Assembly (NCBI GenBank): GCA_965261595.1
Contig: CBDHDG010000007.1
Location: forward strand, 928,001-992,000
DNA: 64,000 nt
Source: a bacterium
Lineage (GTDB): Bacteria; UBA8248; JACPRG01; G963555815
Reading direction: 5' to 3'
Shown in pieces: positions 43,450 to 54,287 of the stretch (the first letter of the stretch is position 1; each line of letters begins with the position of its first letter). A program made the position numbers and the translations under genes. The notes under the pieces are model-generated. The model was not told the DNA's origin. It ran no database searches and worked only from the letters and a program-made list of their open reading frames with translations.

Positions 43450-45534
43450 TTATTCTTCCAAGAGCCTCTCGAATTGTTCCAAATCATGGGTCGGCGCCCG
43501 GCACGTATAGTTCTCGCACACATAGACCGTCGTTCTTCCATTCAATCGGGTCTTTCCAGCCAGTAGAGGGACTTCCTTTCCTACGGCTTCCGCGCTCTCA
43601 TCCGGGTCCAGCAGCGCCAACACCCGATTCGGCAGATACCGCCGGTGAACCTGGCGCAGAAGGCCGCGGGTCTCCTCCGCGCCGGGCGGGCCCACGACAG
43701 CCACTTCCTTGGGCGTATCCAGGTGGAAATCCAACGCGGCGAGAAACCGCGCCAAGCCCGACGGAGCCTTTTCCATCACGGCCCCGAAGGCGCGGAGCAG
43801 CTCGACGCCTTTCTGCCGGAACGCCTCCTCTCCCGTCAATACGCCGAGGCGCAGCAGCGCGCCCGCCGCCACGGCGTTGCCGGAGGGAATGGCCCCGTCG
43901 ATCCCGCTCCGCGAACGGGTGAGGAGGGGTTCATGGTTTTTGCCGGTGAAATAGAACCCGCCCTCGCGCCCATCCCAGAAATACTCGATGAGGACAAGCA
44001 TCAGCCGTTTGGCTTCGCGAAGCCAGCGGAGCTCGAACGTGGTTTCGTACAGATCCAGGAGGCCCGACGCGAGGAAGGCGTAGTCGTCGAGATAGGCGTT
44101 CAGCTTGCTGCGGCCGCCCCGGTGGGTCCGCAGGAGCAGATCGCCCTCGGTCATTTCGGAAAGCACGAAGTCCGCGGCCCGCCCGGCGGCCTCGGCATAG
44201 CGGGCGTCATCGAGCACCTGCGCCCCCTTGGCCATGGCCGATATCATCAGGCCGTTCCAACTGGTCAGAATTTTGTCGTCGAGGGCGGGCTTGATCCGCC
44301 GCTCCCGGACCTCGAAGAGCTCCTTCTTGGCCTCGGCGAGCATGGCTTCCGCCTCCCCGGCGCCCAGGCCCAGCTCCCGGGCGACTTCGTCCAGGGGCCG
44401 ATCCACGTGGAGGGCGCTCTGTCCATGCTCGAAGTTGCCGGCATCGGTGACGTCGTAATACCGGCAAAAGAGCTCGGCCGGGCCTTCTTCCAGGTGGTCC
44501 CGGATTTCTTCCGGACGCCAGACGAAAAACTTGCCTTCCACCCCCTCGCTGTCCGCATCCTGCGTGGAGAAGAAAGGCCCTCGGGCGTCCCGCATCTCGC
44601 GGAGAACGTAGTCCAGCGTCTCGCGGGCCACCCGGGCGTAGAATTCGTTCCCGGTGACCTGATAGGCCTCCAGGTATACGGGGGCCAGGAGGGCGTTGTC
44701 GTAGAGCATCTTCTCGAAATGAGGGATCAGCCATCGGTCGTCCGTGGAATAGCGATGGAACCCCCCGCCCAACTGGTCATACATGCCGCCCTTGGCCATG
44801 TGATTCAGCGTCTTCTCGACCATCCGCAGGAGGTCCTCCCCGCCCTCCCCCTCCCCCCCCCGCTTTCGCCAGACCCGCAGAAGGAGTGACAGGCTGCCGC
44901 TGGGGGGGAACTTCGGGGCGCCGCCGAATCCCCCGCACCGCTCATCGAAGCGGTCTTCCAGCTCCCGGACGGCCTGGAGGAGCAGGCCTTCGGTCAACAG
45001 GTCGCCGGAGGGATGCACCCGGCCCATTTGTTGGAGGTTTTGGGTGATCTGCTCGCCGCTCTCGCGGATCTGGTCTTTGCGGTTGCGGTAGGCCTCCGCG
45101 AGTGTCAGCAGGATGCCCTTGAATCCCGGCCGGCCGTAGCGGTCGTCGGGAGGGAAATACGTCCCGCCGTAAAAAGGCCGCAGGTCCGGGGAGAGAAACA
45201 CCGTCATGGGCCATCCCCCGGAGCCGGTCATCATCTGGACGGCGTGCATGTAGATGTCGTCCAGGTCCGGACGCTCTTCGCGATCCACCTTGATGTTGAC
45301 GAAGTGCTCGTTCATTACGGCCGCGATCTCTTCATTTTCAAAGGATTCGCGCTCCATGACGTGGCACCAGTGGCACGCCGAGTAGCCAATGCTGAGGAGG
45401 ATGGGTCTGTCCTCGCCGCGGGCGCGCTCCAGGGCCTCCTCCCCCCACGGATGCCAATCCACCGGGTTGTGGGCATGCTGCAAGAGGTAAGGACTCGTTT
45501 CGTGGACAAGGCGATTCGTGTGTTTTTCCGTCAT
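43450..45534 (-). CDS. Thioredoxin-domain protein YyaL/SSP411 (DUF255)
   Basis: [56 protein letters not shown]. Confidence 0.93.
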   Translation of the reverse strand: MTEKHTNRLVHETSPYLLQHAHNPVDWHPWGEEALERARGEDRPILLSIGYSACHWCHVMERESFENEEIAAVMNEHFVNIKVDREERPDLDDIYMHAVQMMTGSGGWPMTVFLSPDLRPFYGGTYFPPDDRYGRPGFKGILLTLAEAYRNRKDQIRESGEQITQNLQQMGRVHPSGDLLTEGLLLQAVRELEDRFDERCGGFGGAPKFPPSGSLSLLLRVWRKRGGEGEGGEDLLRMVEKTLNHMAKGGMYDQLGGGFHRYSTDDRWLIPHFEKMLYDNALLAPVYLEAYQVTGNEFYARVARETLDYVLREMRDARGPFFSTQDADSEGVEGKFFVWRPEEIRDHLEEGPAELFCRYYDVTDAGNFEHGQSALHVDRPLDEVARELGLGAGEAEAMLAEAKKELFEVRERRIKPALDDKILTSWNGLMISAMAKGAQVLDDARYAEAAGRAADFVLSEMTEGDLLLRTHRGGRSKLNAYLDDYAFLASGLLDLYETTFELRWLREAKRLMLVLIEYFWDGREGGFYFTGKNHEPLLTRSRSGIDGAIPSGNAVAAGALLRLGVLTGEEAFRQKGVELLRAFGAVMEKAPSGLARFLAALDFHLDTPKEVAVVGPPGAEETRGLLRQVHRRYLPNRVLALLDPDESAEAVGKEVPLLAGKTRLNGRTTVYVCENYTCRAPTHDLEQFERLLEE

Positions 45535-45707
45535 GACAAACTCCGGCCGGAGGCGAATTGGGGATCTGGGATGTCGCGGAAGGGTTCGGCGGGATCGGCG
45601 ACCCCGGCCGTTGGCCTTCCGCTTCCATGTTATCGCGAAAAAGGGATTTGGCGAATCGTGTGGGTGAATCGGAAAGAATGAAATGATGGGATGGGGCTGT
45701 TTTGCGT

Positions 45708-46202
45708 CTAACCCGCGTCGGGCGGGTTTTCCTCGGCGCTCCCGCCCCCCTCCCCGCCGAAGGAGATTTCGTCGGAAAGCTCGTTCACATCGTCCGTCTG
45801 CCATGGGAAAAACTCGTCGAGCTTCTCGCCTACGCGGGCGATGCCTTCCACCAGTCCTCCGCTGAAATCCCCTTCCTGAAAGCGCGCGGCCATGAGGTCC
45901 TTGACATCCCCCCAGAAATCATCCGGGACCACCCGGTCAATCCCCTCGTCCCCCAGGATCGCGAACCGGTGGCTGGCCGTCGCCAGATAGATGAGGACGC
46001 CGTTGCGTTGTTCGGTCTTGTCCATTTCCAGCTTAGAGAACAGTTCCTTCGCGTGGTCCAGGGGCGCATCGGTCGGGCACTTTCCCTCGACGTGCAGCCG
46101 GATCTCGCCGGAGGTGCGGTTCTCCGCCTGGGCGATGGCCGCCAGGATTTTCTCCTGCTCTTCCGCCGTCAGGAATTTCTTGGGGTTGTTCGATCGAGCC
46201 AT
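45708..46202 (-). CDS. TPM-domain protein (short)
   Basis: I.AAI..AE.RTSGEIR.H, RNGVLIY.A, GD.GI, D.NEL.DEIS. Confidence 0.88.
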   Translation of the reverse strand: MARSNNPKKFLTAEEQEKILAAIAQAENRTSGEIRLHVEGKCPTDAPLDHAKELFSKLEMDKTEQRNGVLIYLATASHRFAILGDEGIDRVVPDDFWGDVKDLMAARFQEGDFSGGLVEGIARVGEKLDEFFPWQTDDVNELSDEISFGGEGGGSAEENPPDAG

Positions 46203-46271
46203 GTTCGCGATTGTCCTCTTTCCCGCGCGTCCGAAATCCACCAGCCGCCGCTGGTTACCAACCACCGTTGG

Positions 46272-47024
46272 CTACCAGCCGCCGCTGGCGCCGCCCCCGC
46301 CGAATCCGCCGCCGCCCCCTGAGAAGCCTCCGAATCCGCCCCCGCCTCCGCCGAATCCGCCCCGGCCCACCGACGAGCCCCGGGCGCCCATGCCCAGGAA
46401 AAGCGCCGAGCCAAGTCCCCAATACCCGAGCCTTCTTCGGCGAAAACCCCCGATGCCGCTCATCAATAGAAAGAGCAAGGCGACATAACCGAGCCCGCCG
46501 AGGGAGCCGCCTCGCCTTCTTCCGCGTCTTCGGGTCGGGGCGGCTTTGTATTCGCCCCGCGTGGCCGCGGCGATCCCACGGAGACCGGCGAGGACCCCTC
46601 CGTAAAAATCCCCCTTCCGAAACCGGGGGGCGATGTCGTTGCGAATGATGGTCCCGGCCAAGACGTCGGGCAGGGTGCCCTCGAGACCGTATCCGACCTC
46701 GATGCGAAGCTTCCTGTCGTTCTTGACGATGAGGAGGATGACGCCGTTGTCCTTCCCCTTTTGGCCCGGTTTCCACTTTTCGGCCAGACGGACGGAGAAG
46801 TCTTCGAGGCTCTCCTCCTCAAGGGTCGGGATGATCAGGACGACGATCTGGTTCGAGGTCTTCCGCTCGAACTCGGCCAGCCCGCGCTCCAGGCTGGAAA
46901 GCTGCTCGGCCGTCAGGGTCCCCGTCTTGTCCGTGACGCGCGTCTTGGGCGGCGGGGGGACTTCCAACGCCAATACGGGCGCGGCGAACGCGAGGACCAG
47001 GGCGAGCGCCAAGAGGCGCCGCAT
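46272..47024 (-). CDS. TPM-domain membrane protein (YgcG-like)
   Basis: Signal peptide, G.KGKDNGV, RIEVGYGLEG.LPD, Gly-rich tail FSGGGGGFGGGGASGGW. Confidence 0.9.
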   Translation of the reverse strand: MRRLLALALVLAFAAPVLALEVPPPPKTRVTDKTGTLTAEQLSSLERGLAEFERKTSNQIVVLIIPTLEEESLEDFSVRLAEKWKPGQKGKDNGVILLIVKNDRKLRIEVGYGLEGTLPDVLAGTIIRNDIAPRFRKGDFYGGVLAGLRGIAAATRGEYKAAPTRRRGRRRGGSLGGLGYVALLFLLMSGIGGFRRRRLGYWGLGSALFLGMGARGSSVGRGGFGGGGGGFGGFSGGGGGFGGGGASGGW

Positions 47025-47083
47025 CCGGAATCGAACGTGCGAAAGGACCGGTCCGGGCGGGATGGGAAGAGGTCTCTGCCGGA

Positions 47084-47653
47084 TCAAAACTTGACCTTCG
47101 GGGCCTTCTTGGCGGTGGCCTCGGCTTCGAAAAGCTGCATCCGCTTGAAGTTGAAAAACCCGGCGATGATGTTCGAGGGAAAACGGCGGACGGTCGTGTT
47201 GTACCCCTGGACGGCCAGGTTGTACCGGCGGCGCTCGACGCTCACGCGGTTCTCCGTCCCCTCGAGCTGCGACTGAAGGGCCAGGAAGTTCTGGTTGGAC
47301 CGAAGCTGCGGATACCGCTCGATGACCACCATCAGCCGACCCAGGGCGGAGTCGAGACCCCGTGCGGCCTGGATGCGCTGGCCGATGTTTCCGCTCGCGC
47401 GGGCCTTGCCCCACTGGCTGCGCAGGCGCGTCACCTCGGTCAGGACCTCGCGCTCCTGCTTCGCGAAGCCCTTCACGGTCGCGACAAGGTTGGGAATGAG
47501 GTCCGCGCGCCGCTGGTACTGGTTTTCCACCTGCGCCCATGCCGCCCGGGCGCCTTCCTGAAGGCCGACCAGGCTGTTGTACCGCCCGCTGAAGGTCATG
47601 AAGACGATCAGGAGGATCGCGCCGATAATGATAAGAGGCATCCAACGCTTCAC
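47084..47653 (-). CDS. lemA: LemA-family protein
   Basis: WAQVENQYQRRADLIPNLV.TVKG, YP.L....NF..LQ.QLEGTENR. Confidence 0.93.
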   Translation of the reverse strand: MKRWMPLIIIGAILLIVFMTFSGRYNSLVGLQEGARAAWAQVENQYQRRADLIPNLVATVKGFAKQEREVLTEVTRLRSQWGKARASGNIGQRIQAARGLDSALGRLMVVIERYPQLRSNQNFLALQSQLEGTENRVSVERRRYNLAVQGYNTTVRRFPSNIIAGFFNFKRMQLFEAEATAKKAPKVKF

Positions 47654-47754
47654 GAAACGCTCCTTGAAGGATGATTGATGTGGATCGCCGAACAGGGCCC
47701 TCTGACCGGCCCGTTTATTCCAGTATCAGTATACTCCGCCCCGCCCCGGCCGCA

Positions 47755-47920
47755 AGGCGGGCGCTTACGTGCCGGCCAAGGGGGCTTGCGCGCCGGCCAA
47801 GCTGCGGGTGAAGCTTGTTGCGCTCATCACAACGTCTTGGCGCACGGAGGGGCGCTTGCACGCCGGCCAGGCTGCGGTTGAAGGGCCTTGCGCTGACCAC
47901 CAACGTCTTTGGCGCACGGG
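47755..47920. repeat. Tandem imperfect about 70-bp repeats
   Basis: gcttgc.cgccggcca.gctgcgg.tgaag...caacgtct.ggcgcacgg occurs twice plus a partial copy; a related copy lies at 27043-27140. Confidence 0.7.
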
Positions 47921-48056
47921 GGACCGATTATCCCGCATTGTGCCCCTATTCTTGTCCTTCTCCAATCTGTGTAATCTGTGATATCTGATTTACCGCTCCA
48001 GGGAACTCAACGCGGGAAGCTTGTATCGGGGGCTGCCCGTCCGTCCCCATCCCCTC

Positions 48057-49105
48057 TCAAGCCTCAACCCCCAACTCCCCCAGCGCCCTTCGGTACGCCA
48101 GGGCCATGGCGTCGGGGCCTTTGAGGTGGAGCTCTTCGGCCAGGTCCAGGGGAAGCTCCTCGGGCCGCTGCCGTTCCACGATCACCCGGTCCTGCTCGCC
48201 GATCTGGTTGTGCGTGGCGACGTACTTGGGGAGTTTGCCCCGGAAGCCGCGGACCTGCGATGTGACCGCATCGCCCCGCATGGTGTAGGGGGCGTGCTTG
48301 TATTCCGGGGCGTCCAGGTTGAAGTTGCGCGTCATCAGCATGAACCGCGTGGTCTCCGAGGTGGAGTGGGGGAGACAGGTGAAGATGTATGTCTCCGTCT
48401 TGCCGTCGGCCTCTTCCTTCCTCTGGTGGATGAAGAAGGGCCGGGTGATCCGGTAGTTGCGCTTGTGGGAGACCGGATGCACCGCGTCGGCGGGGTTGTC
48501 GACCACGAACCGGATCAGATCGCCCTCCCGGTGCACGTTGACTTCCGGGGCCAGGGGATGATCCCGGTCGCCCAGGATCCCTTCGTGAATCCAGGGGAAG
48601 TGGGCCAGGTCGAAGAAGTTTTCGATGGCCCGGGCGGCGGAGCAATCCCAGGTCTTCTTCTGCCGGAACATTACCCGGTAGGCCGGGTCCTCAAACTCGG
48701 GGACGTCGGGGATGGGGATCCGGGGCTCATCGGCCAGGCAGACCCAGAGGAGGCCGTACCGCTCGGCGGCGTGATAGGACGTGAGGCAGGCCTTCTTGGG
48801 GATGGGATGCTTGGGCGGCACGGAAGGAATCCGGACGCACCGGCCATCCTCCCGGTAGGCCCAGCCGTGATAGGCGCAGACCAGGGTGTCGTCTTCGACC
48901 CATCCCAGGGAGATGGGCGTCCCCCGGTGGACGCAAAGGTCCCGGAAGGCCCTGACCTGTCCGCCGATCCGGCACACGGCCACGCGCTCGTCCAGCAGGG
49001 TGACGGCCAGGGGGCCGCCGTCCGCGTCTTCGGCGAAGGCCACCGGGTGCCAGTATTCCTCAGTTTCGGCCAGAGGAGACCTTCGCGCATGCCCCTTTTC
49101 GCCAT
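48057..49105 (-). pseudogene. Rieske non-haem iron oxygenase alpha (VanA-like); apparent -1 frameshift near 49056
   Basis: CVHRG...CAYHGW Rieske motif and ENFFD.AH...H. RBS+ATG at 49105 is out of frame with YWHPV by one base. Confidence 0.8.
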
Positions 49106-49118
49106 TCCGTTCTCTCCC

Positions 49119-49724
49119 TCAGTTGTGGGCGCTCGGCCCCATGATCGAGACCCCTTCGGTCTCCTCGATGCGGCGGACGAAGGTGTACTTGTGCTCCCGG
49201 CCGTCCGCGTGCTTGCGCTTCACGCCGGCCTGGGCCACGGCCTCGATCTTGGCGACGATGAAGTGGGGGCCGTCGGTCCGGAGGGCCTCCTCGCACGCCC
49301 GGCCGAAGTCTTCCAGGTTATCCACCGTGCGCGCCTTCTCGATTCCGCAGGCGCGCGCGATGCCTTCCAGGTCGGTCCGACCGGCCGTGTGGGTCGGGGG
49401 GCCGCCGATCGAGAGATAGCTCTCGTTGTCCCAGACGATGACCGCCAGGTTCCCGGGCCGCTCGTTCCCTAGCGTCGCGATGATCCCCAGGTTCAGCAGA
49501 AGCCCGCCGTCGGTGTCGAGGGCGATGACCCGCCGGTGAGGCAGTCCCATCGACAGGCCGAAGGCCACGGGGGAGACCGTTCCCAGGTGCTGGTGATAGA
49601 GGCTCTGCTCCCGCAGGTGTGGCGCGGCGTCGTACCATTCATCCACCGCCCCGCCCAGGGAAAGGACCATCAGCTCCTCTTTGATCTTGGGGGCCAGGGT
49701 TTGCATGCATTCGTATCGTTTCAT
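49119..49724 (-). CDS. ThDP-dependent decarboxylase beta subunit (sulfopyruvate decarboxylase ComE-like)
   Basis: DTDGGLLLNLG...DNESY.SIGG ThDP-binding motif; ATGA overlap with the alpha gene. Confidence 0.85.
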   Translation of the reverse strand: MKRYECMQTLAPKIKEELMVLSLGGAVDEWYDAAPHLREQSLYHQHLGTVSPVAFGLSMGLPHRRVIALDTDGGLLLNLGIIATLGNERPGNLAVIVWDNESYLSIGGPPTHTAGRTDLEGIARACGIEKARTVDNLEDFGRACEEALRTDGPHFIVAKIEAVAQAGVKRKHADGREHKYTFVRRIEETEGVSIMGPSAHN

Positions 49725-50221
49725 CGAACGGTCCCCCCCGCAAGGATGACGGCGGTGTGGTAGTAGGAGGCATAGGCGTGGTGGAAGGCGTTCACGATGG
49801 CCTCCCGGATCTCCTCGTCCTTCCGGGCGATCTGATAGGGGATCCGCAGGGCCTGGAGGATGGGCTCCATCGTCGTTCCGTGAGGGACCCCCCACCAGTT
49901 TTGCTCCCCGAATTCGCCCCGGTAGCTCATGATCATGACCACCGGGATGCCGTGCCCCAGCCCCATCCGCGCCAGGGGCTCGGACGCGACGCGGAGGCCG
50001 GAGTTCTCCATGATCATCACCGCCCGCTTACCGGACGCCCAGACGCCTCCGCAGATGGCCGCGCCTTCGCCCTCGTTCGTGACGCACACCGACCGAAGGT
50101 CCGGGTCCGCCACGATCTCCTCGTAAAGCTCTTTCAGATGTGAATCCGGCAGATAACAGACAATGCTCACCCCGGCTTCCTTGAGCCCTTCCATGGCGAG
50201 CTGAACAGCTTCCGCGCGCAT
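49721..50221 (-). CDS. ThDP-dependent decarboxylase alpha subunit (ComD-like)
   Basis: YLPDS.L, TNEGEG..IC.G...GK, MENSG, SYRG..GE. Confidence 0.85.
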   Translation of the reverse strand: MRAEAVQLAMEGLKEAGVSIVCYLPDSHLKELYEEIVADPDLRSVCVTNEGEGAAICGGVWASGKRAVMIMENSGLRVASEPLARMGLGHGIPVVMIMSYRGEFGEQNWWGVPHGTTMEPILQALRIPYQIARKDEEIREAIVNAFHHAYASYYHTAVILAGGTVR

Positions 50222-50251
50222 GACGTGTCTCCCTTGATCGGATCGTAATCG

Positions 50252-50400
50252 TGTAGTGTCTCGTAATTGGTTTTACATATCGAGACTCGAATGGTCGCTT
50301 TCCCGCCGGGCAAGGGGTCAACCGACCCAAACGCCCGGCCTACCGAACGATGGAAAGCCGGTGTTTTCAATGCAGGTAGGGCGGGCATCAGGCCCGCCTT
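50252..50400. repeat. About 150-bp promoter/REP segment, direct repeat of 56370-56517
   Basis: Shared tgtagtgtc...ttacatat...gccgggcaaggggtcaaccgaccc...ccggtgttttcaa...ggcgggcat...cccgcctt. Confidence 0.85.
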
Positions 50401-50474
50401 CTCTGCTGGGAATTGAGCGGAGGCGGAAACGGGACGCCCGTGCGGAAGCGCCGAAAATCACGGCGCCCGTCCGC

Positions 50475-51866
50475 TCAAAGGGCGGAGCCCGTCAACCACG
50501 CCGGGATGGCCGAGACATCGTCCAGCTCCTCCAGCGCCGTGGCCGCTTCTTTGAACTTTAGAAGGTTTTCCTCGGGGATCGGTTTCACCGAACGCCCTGC
50601 GCACGCCTTCACCTTTTCGAACACTTCATCGAGCTTGACGGGATTCGCCGGATGGCCCCTGGGGTATTCCGCCGTGTTGTGGAAGGATTCCCCGTCGGTC
50701 GTCACGATCTCGACCGGGGTCGGCGGGATCACCCGGGCCAAGTGGCCCAGCCGGTCGTCCACCTCGGGGATCACCCTTTGGGCGAGAGCCAGGATGTCCG
50801 GGTCCGCCAACGCCTCGTCGGAAAATTCATCGAGGAAAAGCCGTTTGCGGACCGCCGCGGCGGCCAGGCAATAATAGAGGCTGAAGGCCGCGTGCGGGGC
50901 GGTCCGGGGCTGGACCCGATCCGCTTTGGGCTCGCACGTCATGTTGTACCCGTTCCGGCTGACCGTGACCCGGATCTCCCGGATTCGATCGGGGGGCAGG
51001 TCCTCGTTGGTCACCAGCGCCAACACGCTGTCCACCGCCCCGTGGAAGTGCCGGCCGCAGGGGTAGAGTTTGATGCTGACGTTGGAAACCTCGAACCGCT
51101 CTCCCAGGTGGTCGGTGACGGGCGCCGGGTTCCAGTTGTCCATGAAATAGGTTGAGTAAAGACCGAACCGGCCTTCGAGGAAATTGTGGATGCCGTCCAG
51201 ACCGGCCCGGGCGAGGAACGCCGCGCGCACCCCCGCCTCGGCCGCCATCCCGTGCTGCACCCTCAGGTTCAGCGCCCCGTCGAGCTGGCTCTGAAGCGAG
51301 CCCGCCGCCTGGCTGTAGGCGATTCCCAGCGCGCTCCGCATCCGAGCCGCGTCGAGCCCGAGGAGCTTTCCCGTGACCGCCGCGGCGGAGAAGGGGGCGA
51401 AGGTGGCGGCCCCCCAGGCGATGTCGCCCACGCGGATCCCGCAGGCCATCCGCAGCCGGGCCACGAGGTCCACGCCCAGGGCGACGGCGGTAATCAGCTC
51501 TTTTCCGGAAACGCCCCCCAGCTCTTCGGCGACGGCGAAGGCCGCCGGCGCGGCCGCGAGGCCGGAATGATCACCCGTCGCGTCGTGGGAGTCGTCGATC
51601 TCCAGGGCGCGGGCCATCGAGGCGTTGGCCCACGCGGCCATGGGCGCCGGGATGACCTCACCGGACGCCAGAACGGTCGATTTCCCGGGCGGCGACCAGG
51701 ACAGGATTTGCTCGATCAGCGCCCGCGAGCCGGCCGCCCCGCTCCCCGCCACAGCCACGCCCAGGGTGTCGAGGACCATCCGCTTTGTCGCCTCGACTGC
51801 CCGCGTTGGGAGGTCGTCGAACTGCACGCCGACGAGGTGATCGACGAGGTGTTCCGTGAGGTCCAA
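50475..51866 (-). CDS. MmgE/PrpD-family protein
   Basis: LDTLGVA.AG, ALEIDDSH, K.YPCG..FH, P.GHP.NP. Start uncertain. Confidence 0.88.
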   Translation of the reverse strand: MDLTEHLVDHLVGVQFDDLPTRAVEATKRMVLDTLGVAVAGSGAAGSRALIEQILSWSPPGKSTVLASGEVIPAPMAAWANASMARALEIDDSHDATGDHSGLAAAPAAFAVAEELGGVSGKELITAVALGVDLVARLRMACGIRVGDIAWGAATFAPFSAAAVTGKLLGLDAARMRSALGIAYSQAAGSLQSQLDGALNLRVQHGMAAEAGVRAAFLARAGLDGIHNFLEGRFGLYSTYFMDNWNPAPVTDHLGERFEVSNVSIKLYPCGRHFHGAVDSVLALVTNEDLPPDRIREIRVTVSRNGYNMTCEPKADRVQPRTAPHAAFSLYYCLAAAAVRKRLFLDEFSDEALADPDILALAQRVIPEVDDRLGHLARVIPPTPVEIVTTDGESFHNTAEYPRGHPANPVKLDEVFEKVKACAGRSVKPIPEENLLKFKEAATALEELDDVSAIPAWLTGSAL

Positions 51867-52000
51867 GGCGCCCCCCCCGTCGCTCCCGCGAGCGGCCGGA
51901 CAACCCGCTCCGGTCGGATGTTGAAGGAATTCCGGCATTCTTTCTGGAAACGCTTCAGACGATAAGCCAGGAGGCCTTCTCCGGTCAATCCCGGGCGCCT

Positions 52001-52309
52001 TCAGTGATCCCCAGCTTTCATCAGCCGTGCGGCACCAGGGATCGTGAGAGCAGGCGCTGTCAAACGTGCACACGGAGCCGTCATTCCCGCGTAGGCGGGA
52101 ATCCAGCGTTCTGCGCTGCGGGTCGATCTTCCTGCCCCCGTGATCATTGCGTTGAGAAGTATACGAGAGGGAGAAGGGCCTTCGGCGCAGCCGGAGGTCG
52201 GGTCATTGGGACCAATCTGAAGCACTTCTGGATTCCCGCCTGCGCGGGAATGACGATCGGGGACCGTTGCGGAATGACGGCGGGCTATCAGGATTCAGGG
52301 GATCACTGA
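52001..52309. mobile_element. MITE/REPIN-like element with 12-bp TIRs and internal dRS3-like palindromes
   Basis: tcagtgatcccc / ggggatcactga ends; internal inverted gtcattcccgcgtaggcgggaatccag / ctggattcccgcctgcgcgggaatgac. Confidence 0.75.
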
Positions 52310-52501
52310 GCGGGGGCCGTCCGCCGGGGTTCCGATGACCCTTTGAATTCCGGATGGCTTTCTCATACGATGTCGGAATTGAGAAGCGTCAACATGCGCC
52401 TGGACCGGGCCCGGTCCATCGTCCCGGCGTCAGGCGACGCATCGGCGCACCCCATTCGGGTGACCACCCCACCGGGTGGATCACCCAAACGGAGATTTTT
52501 C

Positions 52502-53596
52502 ATGACCATCAAAGCGCGGGGCGTGGTGTCCAGGAAGGGTGGCGAGCGGACGGAGGTCGAGGACTTCGTGATCGACCCCCCGGGTCCGGGGGAGGTTTTG
52601 GTCCGGATCCAGGCCAGCGGCGTCTGCCACACCGATCTGCACTACAAGCTCGGGGCCATCTCGGACGAGTTCCCTTTTCTTCTCGGCCATGAAGGGGCCG
52701 GGATCGTCGAGGAAGTCGGCGAAGGCGTCGCCGAGCCCGCCGTGGGGGACTACGTGGTTCTGGCCTGGCGGGCGCCGTGCGGGAAGTGCCGGTTTTGCCT
52801 GATCGGCCAGCCGCACATTTGCGCCGCCAGCCTGAACGCCGAGCGGCGGATGAAGGGTTCCGGCGGCGAAGTCCTGTCCCCGGCCCTCGGCATCGGGACC
52901 TTCTGCACGCACACGGTCGTGGCGGCGGCCCAGGCCGTTGTCGTTCCGAAGGAATGCCCGCCCGCCCAGGCCTGCCTCCTCGGCTGCGGGGTGATGACGG
53001 GCGTGGGCGCGGCGCTATACACCGCCCAGGTCCGGCGGGGGAGCACGGTCGCCGTCTACGGGTGCGGCGGGGTGGGGTGCAGCGTCATCATGGGGGCGAA
53101 GAGCGCCCGGGCCCGGCGGATCATCGGCGTGGACATCGCCGAGAACAAGCTCGACTGGGCGAAGGGGTTCGGCGCCACCGATGTGGTGAACAGCGCGAAG
53201 GTCGATCCGGTCGAGGCCATCAAAGAGCTCACGGACGGCAACGGCGTGGACTACGCCTTCGAGGCCGTCGGCAAGCCGGAGACGCTCCTTCAGGCGCTTT
53301 GGTCCCGGGACCTGGCGGGGACGTGCACGCTCATCGGCGTTCCGGACCCGAAGATGAAGATGGAGCTGCCGATGCTCCAGTTTTTCGGTCTGGGCGGGGG
53401 CTTGCGGGTGAGCTGGTACGGCGACTGCCTGCCCTCGCGCGATTTTCCCATGCTGGCGGACTGGTATCGGAAGGGCGAGCTGGACCTGGACCGGGCGGTG
53501 ACGGAAGAGATCGGCCTCGATGACGTAGAGCCGGCGTTCGAGGCCATGAAGCGCGGCGAGACGCTGCGCTCGGTGATCATCATCCCGGACCCGTGA
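52502..53596 (+). CDS. Zn-dependent alcohol dehydrogenase, S-(hydroxymethyl)mycothiol dehydrogenase-like
   Basis: GVCHTDLHY, FPFLLGHEG, C..C..C, GCGGVG, SWYGDCLPSRDFPML. Confidence 0.88.
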   Translation: MTIKARGVVSRKGGERTEVEDFVIDPPGPGEVLVRIQASGVCHTDLHYKLGAISDEFPFLLGHEGAGIVEEVGEGVAEPAVGDYVVLAWRAPCGKCRFCLIGQPHICAASLNAERRMKGSGGEVLSPALGIGTFCTHTVVAAAQAVVVPKECPPAQACLLGCGVMTGVGAALYTAQVRRGSTVAVYGCGGVGCSVIMGAKSARARRIIGVDIAENKLDWAKGFGATDVVNSAKVDPVEAIKELTDGNGVDYAFEAVGKPETLLQALWSRDLAGTCTLIGVPDPKMKMELPMLQFFGLGGGLRVSWYGDCLPSRDFPMLADWYRKGELDLDRAVTEEIGLDDVEPAFEAMKRGETLRSVIIIPDP

Positions 53597-53669
53597 TCCG
53601 TGTTTCTCACCACTCTTTCGCCCGGCGCTTGTTTGCGGAGCTTCGCGCGTGAATCTGAAGGGATAGCGA

Positions 53670-54164
53670 GTGCGTGTCTGGGTCGATGCCGATGCCTGCC
53701 CTTATCCGATCAAGCAAATCCTGTTTCGATTGGCCGACAGGCTTGGCGTCGAGGTGGCGCTGGTGGCGAACCAGCCGCTGAGCGTTCCGCGCTCTCCCTA
53801 TGTGCGGACCATTCAGGCCCCGCCCGGTTTCGACGAGGCAGACAACAAGATCATTGAATTCGCGGAAGCGGACGACCTGGTGATTACGGCCGATATTCCC
53901 CTCGCGGCCGCCGTCGTGGAAAAAGGCGCGTTCGCGCTCGACCCGCGCGGTGAATTGTTCAGCGACGAAAATATCAGTGAGCGCCTGGCGGTGAGAAATC
54001 TGTTGAACAACATCCGCGGCACAGGCGTTGACCTGGGCGGGCCGCCGCCTTTCGACAATCGGGATATCCAGCGGTTCGCGAACGGGCTGGACCGGTTCGT
54101 GAGTCGGCATCATCGCCGGGAAGGGCCGAGTCGCGATTCCGGGACCCCCCCGCTTGATTCCTGA
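53670..54164 (+). CDS. YaiI/YqxD (UPF0178) protein
   Basis: WVDADACP, D.AD..I, DLVITADIPLA, GGPPPF. Confidence 0.92.
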   Translation: MRVWVDADACPYPIKQILFRLADRLGVEVALVANQPLSVPRSPYVRTIQAPPGFDEADNKIIEFAEADDLVITADIPLAAAVVEKGAFALDPRGELFSDENISERLAVRNLLNNIRGTGVDLGGPPPFDNRDIQRFANGLDRFVSRHHRREGPSRDSGTPPLDS

Positions 54165-54287
54165 AGTCCCGCCGGGACACGCGCGGCGACGAACATTCCC
54201 GCCGTTCAGGCCGGAACGCCCGACAGGCGTCGCAATTTGTTATGGTCTGGTTTTGACCCGCGTCCGATACGACCGAGAGGGGGGCCG

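Noticed and set aside
47755..47920. CRISPR array
   Set aside because: Only 2-3 degenerate units without unique spacers and no cas genes; it is a dispersed repeat family.
49119..49121. TGA of the ComE-like gene is in frame with the Rieske ORF (possible Sec fusion)
   Set aside because: No Cys-equivalent context; a good RBS+ATG at 49105 with a one-base slip explains it better.
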